Shown here: positions 25,463-35,003 of the stretch, piece after piece
Numbering within the stretch: position 1 is the first letter of the stretch
How the letters are laid out: each line of letters opens with the position of its first letter
Assembly (NCBI GenBank): GCA_038233745.1
Contig: JBBSVF010000001.1
Span: 1-43,000 of the forward strand
Origin: Gemmatimonadales bacterium
GTDB lineage: Bacteria > Gemmatimonadota > Gemmatimonadetes > Gemmatimonadales > Gemmatimonadaceae
Reading direction: 5' to 3'
DNA length: 43,000 nucleotides
The notes under the pieces: generated by a model
The model's input: only the letters and a program-made list of their open reading frames with translations
Database searches by the model: none
Told to the model about the DNA's origin: nothing
Program-made: the position numbers and the translations under genes

Positions 25463-27271
25463 TCAGGTGGCGGACTGCCGCCTGAGCTGCTCGTTGATCT
25501 CCTTGCGCTTGTCCTTGATCGAGGCACCCTTTCGGAGGTCATCCAGGAACATCTGCACCCGCGCCTGGCGCAATTGCTCCAGACGGCGCGAGCGCAGCGC
25601 GGCCTTCTGCGCCTCGAAGGTCTGCTTGTCGGCAGGCTTCCGCGCATCGGTGCGCGTGATGTAAACCGCATCTGACTGGCGGACGGGAGCTCCCACGGTG
25701 TTCAGCGGAGCCACGAATGCCGCGCCGATCGCCTCCCCGAGCATCCCCATCTTGTCCGAAGCACCCGCGCGACTGGTGAAACCCGTATTCTCCACGGTCT
25801 TTCCAGCCGCGCTCGCTGCTGCCTCGAGAGTTCCTGCACGCGCCGCATCGCTGATCGCCTTGGCTGGGCTCATGAGGCGCTCGAGCGCATGCTCGGCCGA
25901 CACGCGCGCGAGTACCGCGCCTCGTGCCGCGTCGAAGTTCTGCCCCCCGGGCATCAGGGAGTCGAGACGGGCCACGTAGTAGCCATCGTCGGCGTCGATC
26001 AGGTCGCTCGTCTCACCGACACTCGCACCGCCGAAGGCCCATGCGCTCACGCCGGGTACGTAACGGCTGTTGTACGACGCCAGCTCGTTCTCGCGCGCTC
26101 TCACCACGAATGGCGTGAGTCCAAGCGACGCGGCCGCCGCGTCGAACTTCCGCGGGTCGGTGCCATCGATCAGCCGCGCAAGCTTGTCTGCCTCGCGGTC
26201 GATGCGCGCGGTGTTCGAGTCACTCGGCTGGATGCGCAGCAGCAGGTGATGCAGGCCAAGCGTATCGCCTTTTCGCGAATCGAGACGAATGAGATGATAG
26301 CCGAACGGCGTGAGCACGGGCTGCGAGATCTGACCGGGAGACAGCGCTTCCGCCGCCTTGGAGAACTCCGGAACGAAGCGCGCGGCGGGGCCCGAGCCCA
26401 GATCGCCGCCCTGCGCGCCGGACACCGTGTCGGCCGACTCGCGCCGGGCCACATCCTCGAACTTCGTGCCGCCGGCGATCTCGGCGCGCAATGCCTCTGC
26501 ACGGGCCCGCACCGCCTGGGTGTCCGCCGCCGTCACGAGACGCGGAATCCACAGGGCATGCATCACGGCATGACCGGGTCCATCGAACTGGCTCTTGTGC
26601 GCATCGTAGTAGCTGCGCAACTCGCTGTCGGCGATGCCCGAGTCGGCCTTCGTGACCACTGGTCGCAGCGCCACATAGCTGATGGAGGCGCTATCGCTCA
26701 GATCACGCCAGCTTCGCCACAGCTCCGCGTCGGTCACATACAGCCCGGCCGTCACCTGCTCGAACAGCTTCTCCTTCGGCACCTCGGTGCGGAAATACTG
26801 CTCCAGTGCCACCAGCAGGCCCGACTGGCGCGCCTGTGCGCTGGCAAGAAGACGCTGATACTTGCTCAGGTCGAACTGCCCGTCGGTCTGCAGATCCGGC
26901 GCGTTACGCACCCAGGCGGGCGGGGCGAAGCGAGCGTACTGCTGGAGTTCGTCGTCGGACACCACGATACCGCGCTTCTTGTACTCCTGCTCCAGCAGGA
27001 TCTGCGCGACCATCTCGTCGAACGCCTGGTTCTCCAGGCGTCGCGTGTCGTCGCCCGTGAGGGTCCGCCCCTGCTGCTGCTCCTGCTGCACGAGCTGCGA
27101 GGTACGCTGCTGCCACTGGGTGTAGAGAATGTCCGTACCGTTCACCGAGGCGACGGCGGTGGTGGGCGAGACGGGGGCACGGCCGAGGAGACCGGAGGTC
27201 TCGACGAGAAGGAAGCCACCGATGAATGCGACCGCCAGAATCCAGAAGACGAATTTGGCGGAGCTCCGCAT
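25463..27271 (-). CDS. ppiD: Periplasmic chaperone / peptidyl-prolyl isomerase, PpiD-like (SurA-N plus parvulin domains)
   Basis: It has an N-terminal anchor 'FVFWILAVAFIGGFLLV' and the parvulin motif 'FGYHLIRLD'. The start was chosen at the ATG at 27271 (MRSSAKF...). The 716-aa ORF extension lacks coding character. Confidence 0.85.
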   Translation of the reverse strand: MRSSAKFVFWILAVAFIGGFLLVETSGLLGRAPVSPTTAVASVNGTDILYTQWQQRTSQLVQQEQQQGRTLTGDDTRRLENQAFDEMVAQILLEQEYKKRGIVVSDDELQQYARFAPPAWVRNAPDLQTDGQFDLSKYQRLLASAQARQSGLLVALEQYFRTEVPKEKLFEQVTAGLYVTDAELWRSWRDLSDSASISYVALRPVVTKADSGIADSELRSYYDAHKSQFDGPGHAVMHALWIPRLVTAADTQAVRARAEALRAEIAGGTKFEDVARRESADTVSGAQGGDLGSGPAARFVPEFSKAAEALSPGQISQPVLTPFGYHLIRLDSRKGDTLGLHHLLLRIQPSDSNTARIDREADKLARLIDGTDPRKFDAAAASLGLTPFVVRARENELASYNSRYVPGVSAWAFGGASVGETSDLIDADDGYYVARLDSLMPGGQNFDAARGAVLARVSAEHALERLMSPAKAISDAARAGTLEAAASAAGKTVENTGFTSRAGASDKMGMLGEAIGAAFVAPLNTVGAPVRQSDAVYITRTDARKPADKQTFEAQKAALRSRRLEQLRQARVQMFLDDLRKGASIKDKRKEINEQLRRQSAT

Positions 27272-27374
27272 GGTTTGGAGCACGAGGCAGGACTCCTGCG
27301 AGCTGCTGAAAAGAGAAGGGGGAAGCCGGAAAAGGTACGCCGTCGGAAGGCCTAAAATCAAGGGCGACGCGCAC

Positions 27375-27403
27375 TTCTGATTGACTTGTCCACCCCCTAG
27401 AAT
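27375..27403 (+). promoter_or_regulatory. Promoter-like element with -10 TAGAAT (27398-27403), and TTCTGA 17 nt upstream or TTGACT at 27381
   Basis: Read directly from the divergent ppiD / TPR spacer. The -35 assignment is ambiguous. Confidence 0.25.
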
Positions 27404-27455
27404 ATCTTCTGACCCTTCCTCCCACCGCTGCCTTCGCGCCGCCACCGAGGCTTTG

Positions 27456-29636
27456 ATGGCCAGCACTGCCCGTATCGACGAGCTCAAGAAGAAGTTCGAC
27501 GAGAATCCGCGTCGATACTTCGCGCCGCTGGCGAACGAGTTTCGCAAGTCGGGCGACCTCGAGCAGGCCATCCTCATCTGCGAGGAGTTCTTGCAGGAGC
27601 AGCCCGGCCACATGAGCGGGCATATCGTCTACGGGCAGGCGCTCTTCGAGACCGCGCGTCTCGACGACGCGCGCACCGTCTTCGAAACCGCGCTCTCGCT
27701 CGATCCGGAAAACCTGATCGCGCTGCGGCATCTGGGTGACATTGCCAGCCGTCAGGGCGACGCACGCAACGCGCGCATGTGGTACGAGCGCGTGCTCGAG
27801 GCCGATCCGCGCAACGACGAGATCATGGCGTTGCTGGCCGAGGGCGACAGCGACGCGCAGACGCTAGCGACCGAGCCGACGACTGAAGTCGGGTCGAAGC
27901 CGCCGGCGCTGCCGATCCTGCCACCTGCCGTACCGGCCATGCCCTTCGCTCCATCGGCGCGCCTGGATCCGCCGGCTCTCGAGCGCAGCGCTGATCCCGA
28001 GCCGCTGGACATCTCGCTCGACGATACGCTGCCTGCCGGCATGGCCGCCATTCGCTCCGACGTGGCCGTGGATCTCGATCCGCCTTCCGAGAGCACAGAT
28101 TTCACGCTGGAAGGGCTCGAACCTACCTCCGCAGCCGCGTCCATCACCGATGCAGCGCCGTCCGCCGACATCGGACTCGTGCCGGCGGAATTCGTCGCGC
28201 CGCGGGGTGAGGTCGCAGGCGCACTACCGCTCGACGATTCCCTGGAGTCTGGCGTCCCGGAGTTCGTTGCGCCTGCTGCGCAGGTCGATCGCCTGGACGG
28301 GTTCGAAGGATCCGGCTTCGAGCCACCTGCCGGCGATCTGCTGGCCTCTGAACCGCTCGATCTGGATGATGGGCTGACGCTTCCGCCGCAGGGCGATCCC
28401 ATGCCCGCGTTCGATGCTGCCGCAGAGCCGTCGCCCGCTGACGACCTCCTGGATTTCGACATGCCGGAGTCGCCCCCATTCTCACCGGCGCACGCCTCGG
28501 CTGCGCCTGTGATCTCGGAACCGGCTGCGGATCTCATGACCTTCGACGAGACTGCGCCGGCCGCCGACGCTGCGGAGGATGCCCCGATGCCCACGGTTGA
28601 CGACGAGTTCGCCGTGGTGGAGGAGGTCGACCTCGCGACTCCCGATCGCTCGGATGACTTCGGCGGCGTCTCGCTGGCGGACGTGACAGCTGTCGAGGAG
28701 GAGATCCCCCGTGAGCTGCCTCCGGCGGTGATCGCGGCGGAAGCAGATCTGACAGAGGACGTCCACGAACTGCCCGGCGAGCGCATGGAGGATGAGCCGA
28801 CCGTCACCGGCGCGCCGCCCTTCGTCACGGAGACCATGGCGGAGCTGTATCTCGCTCAGGGCTTCCGGGATCAGGCGCTCGACGTGTATCGCGAGCTTCT
28901 CGCGCAGCAGCCCGGCGACGTGCAGTTGCTCGATCGCATCCGGGCGCTCGAGCCGGCGCCAGTTGACTCCGGCCCCACGGTGCGCGACTTCCTCTCCGGC
29001 ATCGCCGCATGGCGCCCCGCGTCGAGCGGCACCCAGGCGACGAGTATCGCAGCGGACTCCCCTCCGGAATACGACGACTTTTCGGTGCCAGAGCCGAGCG
29101 GGAGGGCGCCCGAAGGTCATGCCGAGGAGGCGCCGTACAGTGTGGCAGCCGCGGAGGCACTCTCGGAGGCCGAACCCATTGCGCATGTAGCCGGCGGCGC
29201 GCTGCTGCCACAGCTGCCCGCGGAGTCGGTGGCCGCTGCCTCGGCTTTCCCCGCTGGCAACGCGCCCGTGGGCAGCATCGATGCCCTGTTCGGAAGCCGG
29301 GCCGCCGGCACCGAGGATTCTGCCGCCGCTGCGCTGTCGCAGGCCTTCGGCGGGAGTGCGAGGGGAGAGTCGCCGTCGTTGCTCGTCGGACAACCGGCGC
29401 GCGCTGCCGCTGGTGAGCTGTCGCTGGACAGCGTATTCCGGGACGGAGCGGCGAAGCCGCCGCGTACGTCGCAGAGCTTCTCCTTCGATCAGTTCTTCTC
29501 GGAGAGCGCCAGGACGGACGAGAGGCCAGCAGGCGAATCGATGCCCAGCGCGGCCGTCGATCCACAGCCCGCCGAGCGAACCGCCGACGACATCGCCCAG
29601 TTCAACTCGTGGCTTCAGGGTCTCAAGCAGCGGTGA
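27456..29636 (+). CDS. Second TPR-repeat protein with a central acidic disordered region
   Basis: The start was chosen at the ATG at 27456 (MASTARIDELKKKFDENPRRYF...). N-terminal TPRs include 'LRHLGDIASRQGDARNARMWYERVLEADP'. An acidic Pro/Asp/Glu/Ala-rich region of about 320 aa follows, then the TPR-like 'TMAELYLAQGFRDQALDVYRELLAQQP' and a C-terminal 'DIAQFNSWLQGLKQR'. Confidence 0.85.
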   Translation: MASTARIDELKKKFDENPRRYFAPLANEFRKSGDLEQAILICEEFLQEQPGHMSGHIVYGQALFETARLDDARTVFETALSLDPENLIALRHLGDIASRQGDARNARMWYERVLEADPRNDEIMALLAEGDSDAQTLATEPTTEVGSKPPALPILPPAVPAMPFAPSARLDPPALERSADPEPLDISLDDTLPAGMAAIRSDVAVDLDPPSESTDFTLEGLEPTSAAASITDAAPSADIGLVPAEFVAPRGEVAGALPLDDSLESGVPEFVAPAAQVDRLDGFEGSGFEPPAGDLLASEPLDLDDGLTLPPQGDPMPAFDAAAEPSPADDLLDFDMPESPPFSPAHASAAPVISEPAADLMTFDETAPAADAAEDAPMPTVDDEFAVVEEVDLATPDRSDDFGGVSLADVTAVEEEIPRELPPAVIAAEADLTEDVHELPGERMEDEPTVTGAPPFVTETMAELYLAQGFRDQALDVYRELLAQQPGDVQLLDRIRALEPAPVDSGPTVRDFLSGIAAWRPASSGTQATSIAADSPPEYDDFSVPEPSGRAPEGHAEEAPYSVAAAEALSEAEPIAHVAGGALLPQLPAESVAAASAFPAGNAPVGSIDALFGSRAAGTEDSAAAALSQAFGGSARGESPSLLVGQPARAAAGELSLDSVFRDGAAKPPRTSQSFSFDQFFSESARTDERPAGESMPSAAVDPQPAERTADDIAQFNSWLQGLKQR

Positions 29637-30079
29637 GAATCGCACTGCTCAACGGCCCGAATCTCAATCTGCTGGGACGTCGGAACCCGTCCGTCTACGG
29701 CAGGGCCACCCTGGCCGACGTCGAACAGCGCGTCGCCGTTGTGGCTGAGGAGCTGGGCGCGACGCTCGAGTGCCGCCAGGCCAACGGCGAGGGCGAGCTC
29801 ATAGACGTCATCCACGGCTGGCTGGACCGGGTGCAGGGAGCGGTGATCAACGCGGGCGCGTATTCGCATGGCAGTCTTGCGATCCGCGATGCGCTGGAGG
29901 CTGTTCAAGTGCCCTTTGTGGAGGTGCACATCTCGAATGTGCATGCACGCGAGGTCGAGCGGCATCACTCGGTGCTTGCACGGGCGGCGGTCGGTAGTGT
30001 GACAGGGCTGGGCACCTTCGGATACGAGGCGGCGTTGCGTGGACTCATGGCGCACCTTGCGGCCACGTCGCAGGAATGA
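29633..30079 (+). CDS. aroQ: Type II 3-dehydroquinate dehydratase
   Basis: It carries 'LLNGPNLNLLGRR' and 'EVHISNVHARE'. The GTG at 29633 overlaps the upstream stop (GTGA). Confidence 0.93.
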   Translation: MRIALLNGPNLNLLGRRNPSVYGRATLADVEQRVAVVAEELGATLECRQANGEGELIDVIHGWLDRVQGAVINAGAYSHGSLAIRDALEAVQVPFVEVHISNVHAREVERHHSVLARAAVGSVTGLGTFGYEAALRGLMAHLAATSQE

Positions 30080-31164
30080 CGGACTCTCGCGCCGCACGCC
30101 TGTCGGCGCTCGTCGACGGCCTTGACGCGGCGCATCTCGACGGACTGCTGCTCACAGGCCTCGCGAATATCCGCTATCTCACCGGCTTTTCGGGATCGAG
30201 CGCGCTGCTCTTCGTCACCACTCGGGAAAGCGTGCTGATCACCGACTTCCGGTACCAGACGCAGGTGGAGGAGGAGGTGGGGCATGCTACGCGGACGGTC
30301 ATCGAGTCCACGAGTCTGTGGACCGGCCTCTGGCAGCAGCTCCAGGCGATGACGTCCGTACGAGTGATCGGGTTCGAGACCGCGCACATCCAGCACCGCG
30401 ACTTTCAGCGCCTTTTGGAGGCCGGTGGCCGCTGGCAGTGGCGCCCCACCGTCGACCTCGTCGAGACCCTTCGGGAGCGGAAGGACGAGGGGGAGATTGC
30501 CCTCATCCGACAGGCAGTCGGCGTCGCGACGACCGCGCTGGCCTCCACGCTGGCGCAGATCGGCGCGGGAATGACCGAACTGCAGGTGGCAGGCGTGCTG
30601 GAGAAGGCGCTGCGGGACGCGGGGAGCGAGGGATTTCCCTTCGAGAGTATCGTGGCCAGCGGCCCCCGATCGGCGCTGCCGCATGCGCATTCGTCACCGC
30701 GGGTGATTGGGCGGGGGGAGTTTCTCCTGCTGGATTTCGGGGCGATCGTGGAGGGCTACTGCTCGGACGTCACCCGTACGGTGATGGTGGGCCCGGCCAC
30801 GGACGAGCACCGGGAGATTCACGGGATCGTGCGCGTGGCGCTGGAGCGGACCGTGGCCGGCGTGCACGCGGGAATGACCGGCCGGGATGCCGATGCGATT
30901 GCCAGACACTACATTGAGCGGTCCGGCTATGGCGATCTGTTCGGCCACAGCCTGGGTCACGGAATCGGTCTCGAGGTGCACGAGGCCCCGCGACTTGCCA
31001 GAACGGCGGAGGGTGTGCTGCCGGTGAATGCGGTGGTGACGATCGAGCCCGGCGTGTATCGTCCGGGGTGGGGCGGAGTGCGCATCGAGGACGATGTGGT
31101 TCTTGATGCAGATGGACCGCAGGTACTGACGTCGTTCTCGCGCGAGCTCCTCGAGCTCGCCTGA
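30076..31164 (+). CDS. pepP: Xaa-Pro aminopeptidase (M24B family)
   Basis: It carries the metal-site motifs 'HSLGHGIGLEVHEAP', 'VTIEPGVY' and 'GVRIEDDV'. The ATGA overlaps aroQ. Confidence 0.88.
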   Translation: MTDSRAARLSALVDGLDAAHLDGLLLTGLANIRYLTGFSGSSALLFVTTRESVLITDFRYQTQVEEEVGHATRTVIESTSLWTGLWQQLQAMTSVRVIGFETAHIQHRDFQRLLEAGGRWQWRPTVDLVETLRERKDEGEIALIRQAVGVATTALASTLAQIGAGMTELQVAGVLEKALRDAGSEGFPFESIVASGPRSALPHAHSSPRVIGRGEFLLLDFGAIVEGYCSDVTRTVMVGPATDEHREIHGIVRVALERTVAGVHAGMTGRDADAIARHYIERSGYGDLFGHSLGHGIGLEVHEAPRLARTAEGVLPVNAVVTIEPGVYRPGWGGVRIEDDVVLDADGPQVLTSFSRELLELA

Positions 31165-31205
31165 GCGCCGCGGCGACTGTCGCGACGCATCATACCCCTG
31201 GGCCT

Positions 31206-31703
31206 ATGATCGACCTACGCTACGTCAAGAAGCTGATCGACATCCTCGACGAATCGACGGTGGACTCCATCGAGATCTCGTCGGACAAGGGAATGAAGAT
31301 CCGGATTTCCAAGAGCCCGTCCGGCCGCGGTGCGGTGCAGGTGGCGCCCCAGCCGATGATGGCACCGGTGATGACCCCGGCCCTCATGGCCCCCCGCACG
31401 ACGCCAGCCGAGGGCGTGCCGGCGGTGGAGGCCGCGCCGACGGCGGAGCCGAAGGTGGCGGGCAGTGAGGTGAAGTCTCCCATGGTGGGAACCTTCTACG
31501 GCGCGCCGGAGGCCGGCGCCAAGCCGTATGTCGCCGTGGGCAGCCGCGTCTCGAAGGGGCAAACGCTCTGCATCATCGAGGCGATGAAGATCATGAACGA
31601 GATCGAGAGTGAGGTTTCGGGCGTGATCACCGAGGTGCTCGTTGCCGACGCGACGCCGGTCGAGTACGGGCAGGCACTCTATCGCATCGACCCGAATGGC
31701 TGA
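31206..31703 (+). CDS. accB: Biotin carboxyl carrier protein of acetyl-CoA carboxylase
   Basis: It has the biotinylation motif 'CIIEAMKIMNEIE' and an Ala/Pro-rich linker. Confidence 0.95.
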   Translation: MIDLRYVKKLIDILDESTVDSIEISSDKGMKIRISKSPSGRGAVQVAPQPMMAPVMTPALMAPRTTPAEGVPAVEAAPTAEPKVAGSEVKSPMVGTFYGAPEAGAKPYVAVGSRVSKGQTLCIIEAMKIMNEIESEVSGVITEVLVADATPVEYGQALYRIDPNG

Positions 31704-32874
31704 CCCCGTGCCGGCGGCGGGCGCGCCGGCGCCCCTGGACGCTCAGACTCCGAGCGGGTTCAACTTCAAGGCGGTGCTGCAGCAGCTCGTGCAGCGCAAC
31801 GCCTCTGATCTGCACCTGAAGGTCGGCCGTCCACCGACACTTCGCCTGCACGGCGAACTCTTTCCGCTCGAGATGCCGGCGCTGCGTCCCGAGGATCTCA
31901 AGGTGCTGGCGGAGCAGTTGATGACGCCGCGCCAGGTGAAGGAGTTCACGGACAACAAGGAGTGCGACTTCGCCATCGGCGTCCCGGGCATCGGCCGCTT
32001 CCGCTGCAACGTGTACCAGCAGCGCGGATCGCTGTGCTATGCCATGCGGGCGATTCCGTATCAGGCCAAGACGCTGGAGGAGCTCAATCTTCCCACCATC
32101 CTGGAGGAGATCGCGCTCAAACCCCGCGGACTCGTGCTGGTTACCGGCATCACCGGCTCCGGCAAGAGTACGGCGCTGGCGGCGATGATCCAGCATCTGA
32201 ACGAGAAGCGGCATGCGAATGTGATCACGATCGAGGATCCGATCGAGTTCCTCCATCGCGACATCAACTGCCATATCAATCAGAGAGAGGTGGGCACCGA
32301 TACCGCCACCTTCGCACAGGCGCTGCGCCGCGTGATGCGGCAGGATCCCGACTGCATCCTGATCGGCGAGATCCGCGACCTGGAAACGCTGGATACCGCG
32401 CTCAAGGCAGCCGACACAGGCCATCTGGTCTTCAGTACCCTGCACACCACGGATGCCACGCAGACCATCAACCGCGTGCTCTCGTTCTACCCTCCGCACC
32501 AGCAGGCCGAGGTGCGCTTCTCGCTCGCGAGCGCGCTGCAGGCCGTGGTATCCATGCGGCTCGTGCCGCGCGCCGACAAGCCGGGCCGCGTGCCCGCCTG
32601 CGAGGTGCTGATCAACACGCCCACCGTGCGTGACCAGATCCGCGACATGGACAAGACGCTGAATATTCCCGACCTCATCAAGGACGGGACGGTGCAGTAC
32701 GGCATGCAGAGCTTCGACCAATCACTCATGCAGTGGTATTCGCAGGGCGTGATCTCGTACGACAGCGCGGTGTTCTACGCGACGAGCCCGAGCGAGTTCG
32801 CCCTCCGCGTGCAGGGTGTGGCCGGCACCAGCGACACGAGCTGGTCCGGCTTCGAATCCGACACCCCAGCCTGA
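31696..32874 (+). CDS. pilT: PilT/PilU-family type IV pilus retraction-type ATPase
   Basis: It has Walker A 'GITGSGKST', Walker B 'CILIGEIRD' and the His box '[10 protein letters not shown]'. The ATG at 31696 overlaps accB by 8 nt, and the gene ends 8 nt before the accC ATG. Confidence 0.88.
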   Translation: MADPVPAAGAPAPLDAQTPSGFNFKAVLQQLVQRNASDLHLKVGRPPTLRLHGELFPLEMPALRPEDLKVLAEQLMTPRQVKEFTDNKECDFAIGVPGIGRFRCNVYQQRGSLCYAMRAIPYQAKTLEELNLPTILEEIALKPRGLVLVTGITGSGKSTALAAMIQHLNEKRHANVITIEDPIEFLHRDINCHINQREVGTDTATFAQALRRVMRQDPDCILIGEIRDLETLDTALKAADTGHLVFSTLHTTDATQTINRVLSFYPPHQQAEVRFSLASALQAVVSMRLVPRADKPGRVPACEVLINTPTVRDQIRDMDKTLNIPDLIKDGTVQYGMQSFDQSLMQWYSQGVISYDSAVFYATSPSEFALRVQGVAGTSDTSWSGFESDTPA

Positions 32875-32882
32875 GCCATCGC

Positions 32883-34238
32883 ATGTTCAAGAAGGTTCTG
32901 ATCGCCAACCGAGGCGAGATCGCGCTGCGCGTGATTCGCGCCTGTCGCGAGCTGGGCATCCAGACCGTCGCCGTCTATTCCGAGGCGGATCGCGAGTCGC
33001 TGCATGTGCGCTTCGCGGATGACGACGTCTGCATCGGTCCCGCACCGGCGCGCGATTCGTATCTGCAGATTCCCCGGATCATTGCGGCCGCCGAGATCAC
33101 CGGCGCCGATGCCATTCATCCCGGCTACGGGTTCCTGGCGGAGAATGCGGAGTTCGCGGAGATCGTGACGGCCAGCAACATCGCCTTCATCGGACCCACG
33201 GCGCAGCAGATCCGCGTGATGGGCGACAAGGCCGCCGCGCGCAAGGCGATGACGGCGGTAGGTGTGCCGATCATCCCGGGAACGCCCGGCCCCGTGGAAG
33301 ACGTGGATGAAGCGCTCCGCTTTGCAAAGGACATCGGATTCCCGGTGATCATCAAGGCCGCGGCCGGCGGCGGCGGGAAGGGCATGCGCGTCGCCCGGGA
33401 TGCCGACGAGTTCGAGCGCTCGTTCCAGCTCGCGCGCAGTGAGGCGCTGAGTGCGTTCGGGAACGGCGACGTCTACGTGGAGAAGTATCTCATGCGCCCG
33501 CGACACATCGAGTTCCAGATCATGGGCGACAAGTTCGGACATGTGATCCATCTGGGGGAGCGCGACTGCAGCGTGCAGCGTCGTCACCAGAAGTTGATCG
33601 AGGAGGCGCCGAGCCCCGCGATGACGCCGGAGCTTCGCAAGCGCATGGGCGACGCCGCGGTCGCCGGCGCCAAGGCGATCGACTATGTGGGCGCGGGCAC
33701 CATCGAGATGCTGCTGGACGAGGACGGCTCGTTCTACTTCATGGAGATGAACACCCGCATTCAGGTGGAGCATCCCGTCACGGAGATGATCACCGGCGTG
33801 GACCTCGTGAAGGAGCAGATTCGCGTGGCGGCGGGAGAGCCGCTCTCGGTGCGGGAGCTCCCACCGCTGCGCGGACATGTGATCGAGTGCCGGGTGAATG
33901 CGGAGGATCCCAACCGGAACTTTCAGCCGTCGCCGGGCCGGATCGGGGCGTATCACCCTCCGGGCGGCTGTGGTGTGCGCATCGACTCGCATGTGTACGC
34001 TGGTTACATCGTGCCGCCCTTCTACGATTCGATGATCGCCAAGGTCATCTGTCAGGGCCGAGACCGTGAGGAGGCGCTGGCGAAGATGCAGCTCGCGCTC
34101 GAGACCTTCATCATCGAAGGCCCCACCACCACGATTCCCTTTCTCGCGCGCGTGATGCAGAACCCGCGATTCCGCAGCGGAGACGTGGATACGAAGTTCC
34201 TCGAACGTGAGCCCGACCTGATGAAGGAGCCCGGCTAG
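32883..34238 (+). CDS. accC: Biotin carboxylase subunit of acetyl-CoA carboxylase
   Basis: It carries '[18 protein letters not shown]' and '[15 protein letters not shown]'. The start was chosen at the ATG at 32883. Confidence 0.95.
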   Translation: MFKKVLIANRGEIALRVIRACRELGIQTVAVYSEADRESLHVRFADDDVCIGPAPARDSYLQIPRIIAAAEITGADAIHPGYGFLAENAEFAEIVTASNIAFIGPTAQQIRVMGDKAAARKAMTAVGVPIIPGTPGPVEDVDEALRFAKDIGFPVIIKAAAGGGGKGMRVARDADEFERSFQLARSEALSAFGNGDVYVEKYLMRPRHIEFQIMGDKFGHVIHLGERDCSVQRRHQKLIEEAPSPAMTPELRKRMGDAAVAGAKAIDYVGAGTIEMLLDEDGSFYFMEMNTRIQVEHPVTEMITGVDLVKEQIRVAAGEPLSVRELPPLRGHVIECRVNAEDPNRNFQPSPGRIGAYHPPGGCGVRIDSHVYAGYIVPPFYDSMIAKVICQGRDREEALAKMQLALETFIIEGPTTTIPFLARVMQNPRFRSGDVDTKFLEREPDLMKEPG

Positions 34239-34984
34239 TGCGCCTCGATGTGGTGTTTGGTATCCAGCAGCTCGCGGCGGTGGATCTGCAGCAGCGCGTG
34301 GTGGCCGTCATCGACGTGCTGCGCGCATCGACGACGATTGCCGTGGCGCTCTCGCACGGTGCCCGTACCATCATCCCGCTGGACAACTCGGAAGAGGTAG
34401 TGACGCGGGCCAAGCAGTTCGAGCGTGCGGCCGTGCGCACGGCCGGTGAGCGGCGCATGCTGAAGATGGAGGGCTTCGATCTGGGCAACTCGCCGCTGGA
34501 GCACACGACCGAGGCCGTGGAGGGCAAGACGGTGCTGCTCACCACCACGAATGGCACGCGGGCGCTGCTCTCGGTGCAGGGCGCCCGTGACGTGGTGGTC
34601 GGCTCGTACGTCAATCTCACGGCAGTGAGCACGATGCTGCGCACTGCGCTTCGTGGCGGCGCCGACATCACCCTCGTCTGCGCTGGGAACGACCGGCAGT
34701 TCGCGCTGGAGGATGCAGCCTGTGCCGGACGGTTCGTGCACCAGATCCTCAAGCGGCTGCCGGGAGTGGAGCTGAACGATGCCGCGGCGGCCGCGCAGAT
34801 GATCGACAAGAAGTACGGAGACAATCTGAAGCGGCTCTTCGAGTCGGCGGCGCATGGCCGGGCCCTGGCCGCCGCCGGATTCGGTGAGGATCTCGCGGCC
34901 TGTGCGGCCGTCGACTCGTACCCCGTCATTCCGGTCTTCCAGGATCGGCAGATCACCAAGCTGGGGCCCGAACGCGAGCGGTAA
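34238..34984 (+). CDS. 2-phosphosulfolactate phosphatase (ComB) family protein
   Basis: It has the N-terminal motif 'VIDVLRASTTIAVAL' and is 248 aa long. The GTG overlaps the accC TAG. Confidence 0.75.
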   Translation: MRLDVVFGIQQLAAVDLQQRVVAVIDVLRASTTIAVALSHGARTIIPLDNSEEVVTRAKQFERAAVRTAGERRMLKMEGFDLGNSPLEHTTEAVEGKTVLLTTTNGTRALLSVQGARDVVVGSYVNLTAVSTMLRTALRGGADITLVCAGNDRQFALEDAACAGRFVHQILKRLPGVELNDAAAAAQMIDKKYGDNLKRLFESAAHGRALAAAGFGEDLAACAAVDSYPVIPVFQDRQITKLGPERER

Positions 34985-35003
34985 CGTGGTAGCTGGCCCA
35001 GTC

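Noticed and set aside
25889-27355. A 488-aa ORF on the plus strand opposite the ppiD-like gene.
   Set aside because: The minus-strand product has a clear PpiD architecture (membrane anchor, SurA-N-like region and the parvulin motif 'FGYHLIRLD'). The plus-strand translation is Arg/Gly/His-rich and featureless.
32846-32866. A tRNA T-loop-like string GGCTTCGAATCC.
   Set aside because: The flanking bases do not form a T-stem, and there is no acceptor, D or anticodon arm. It lies inside the well-supported pilT-like reading frame. I found no tRNA, rRNA or tmRNA-like structures elsewhere in the window.
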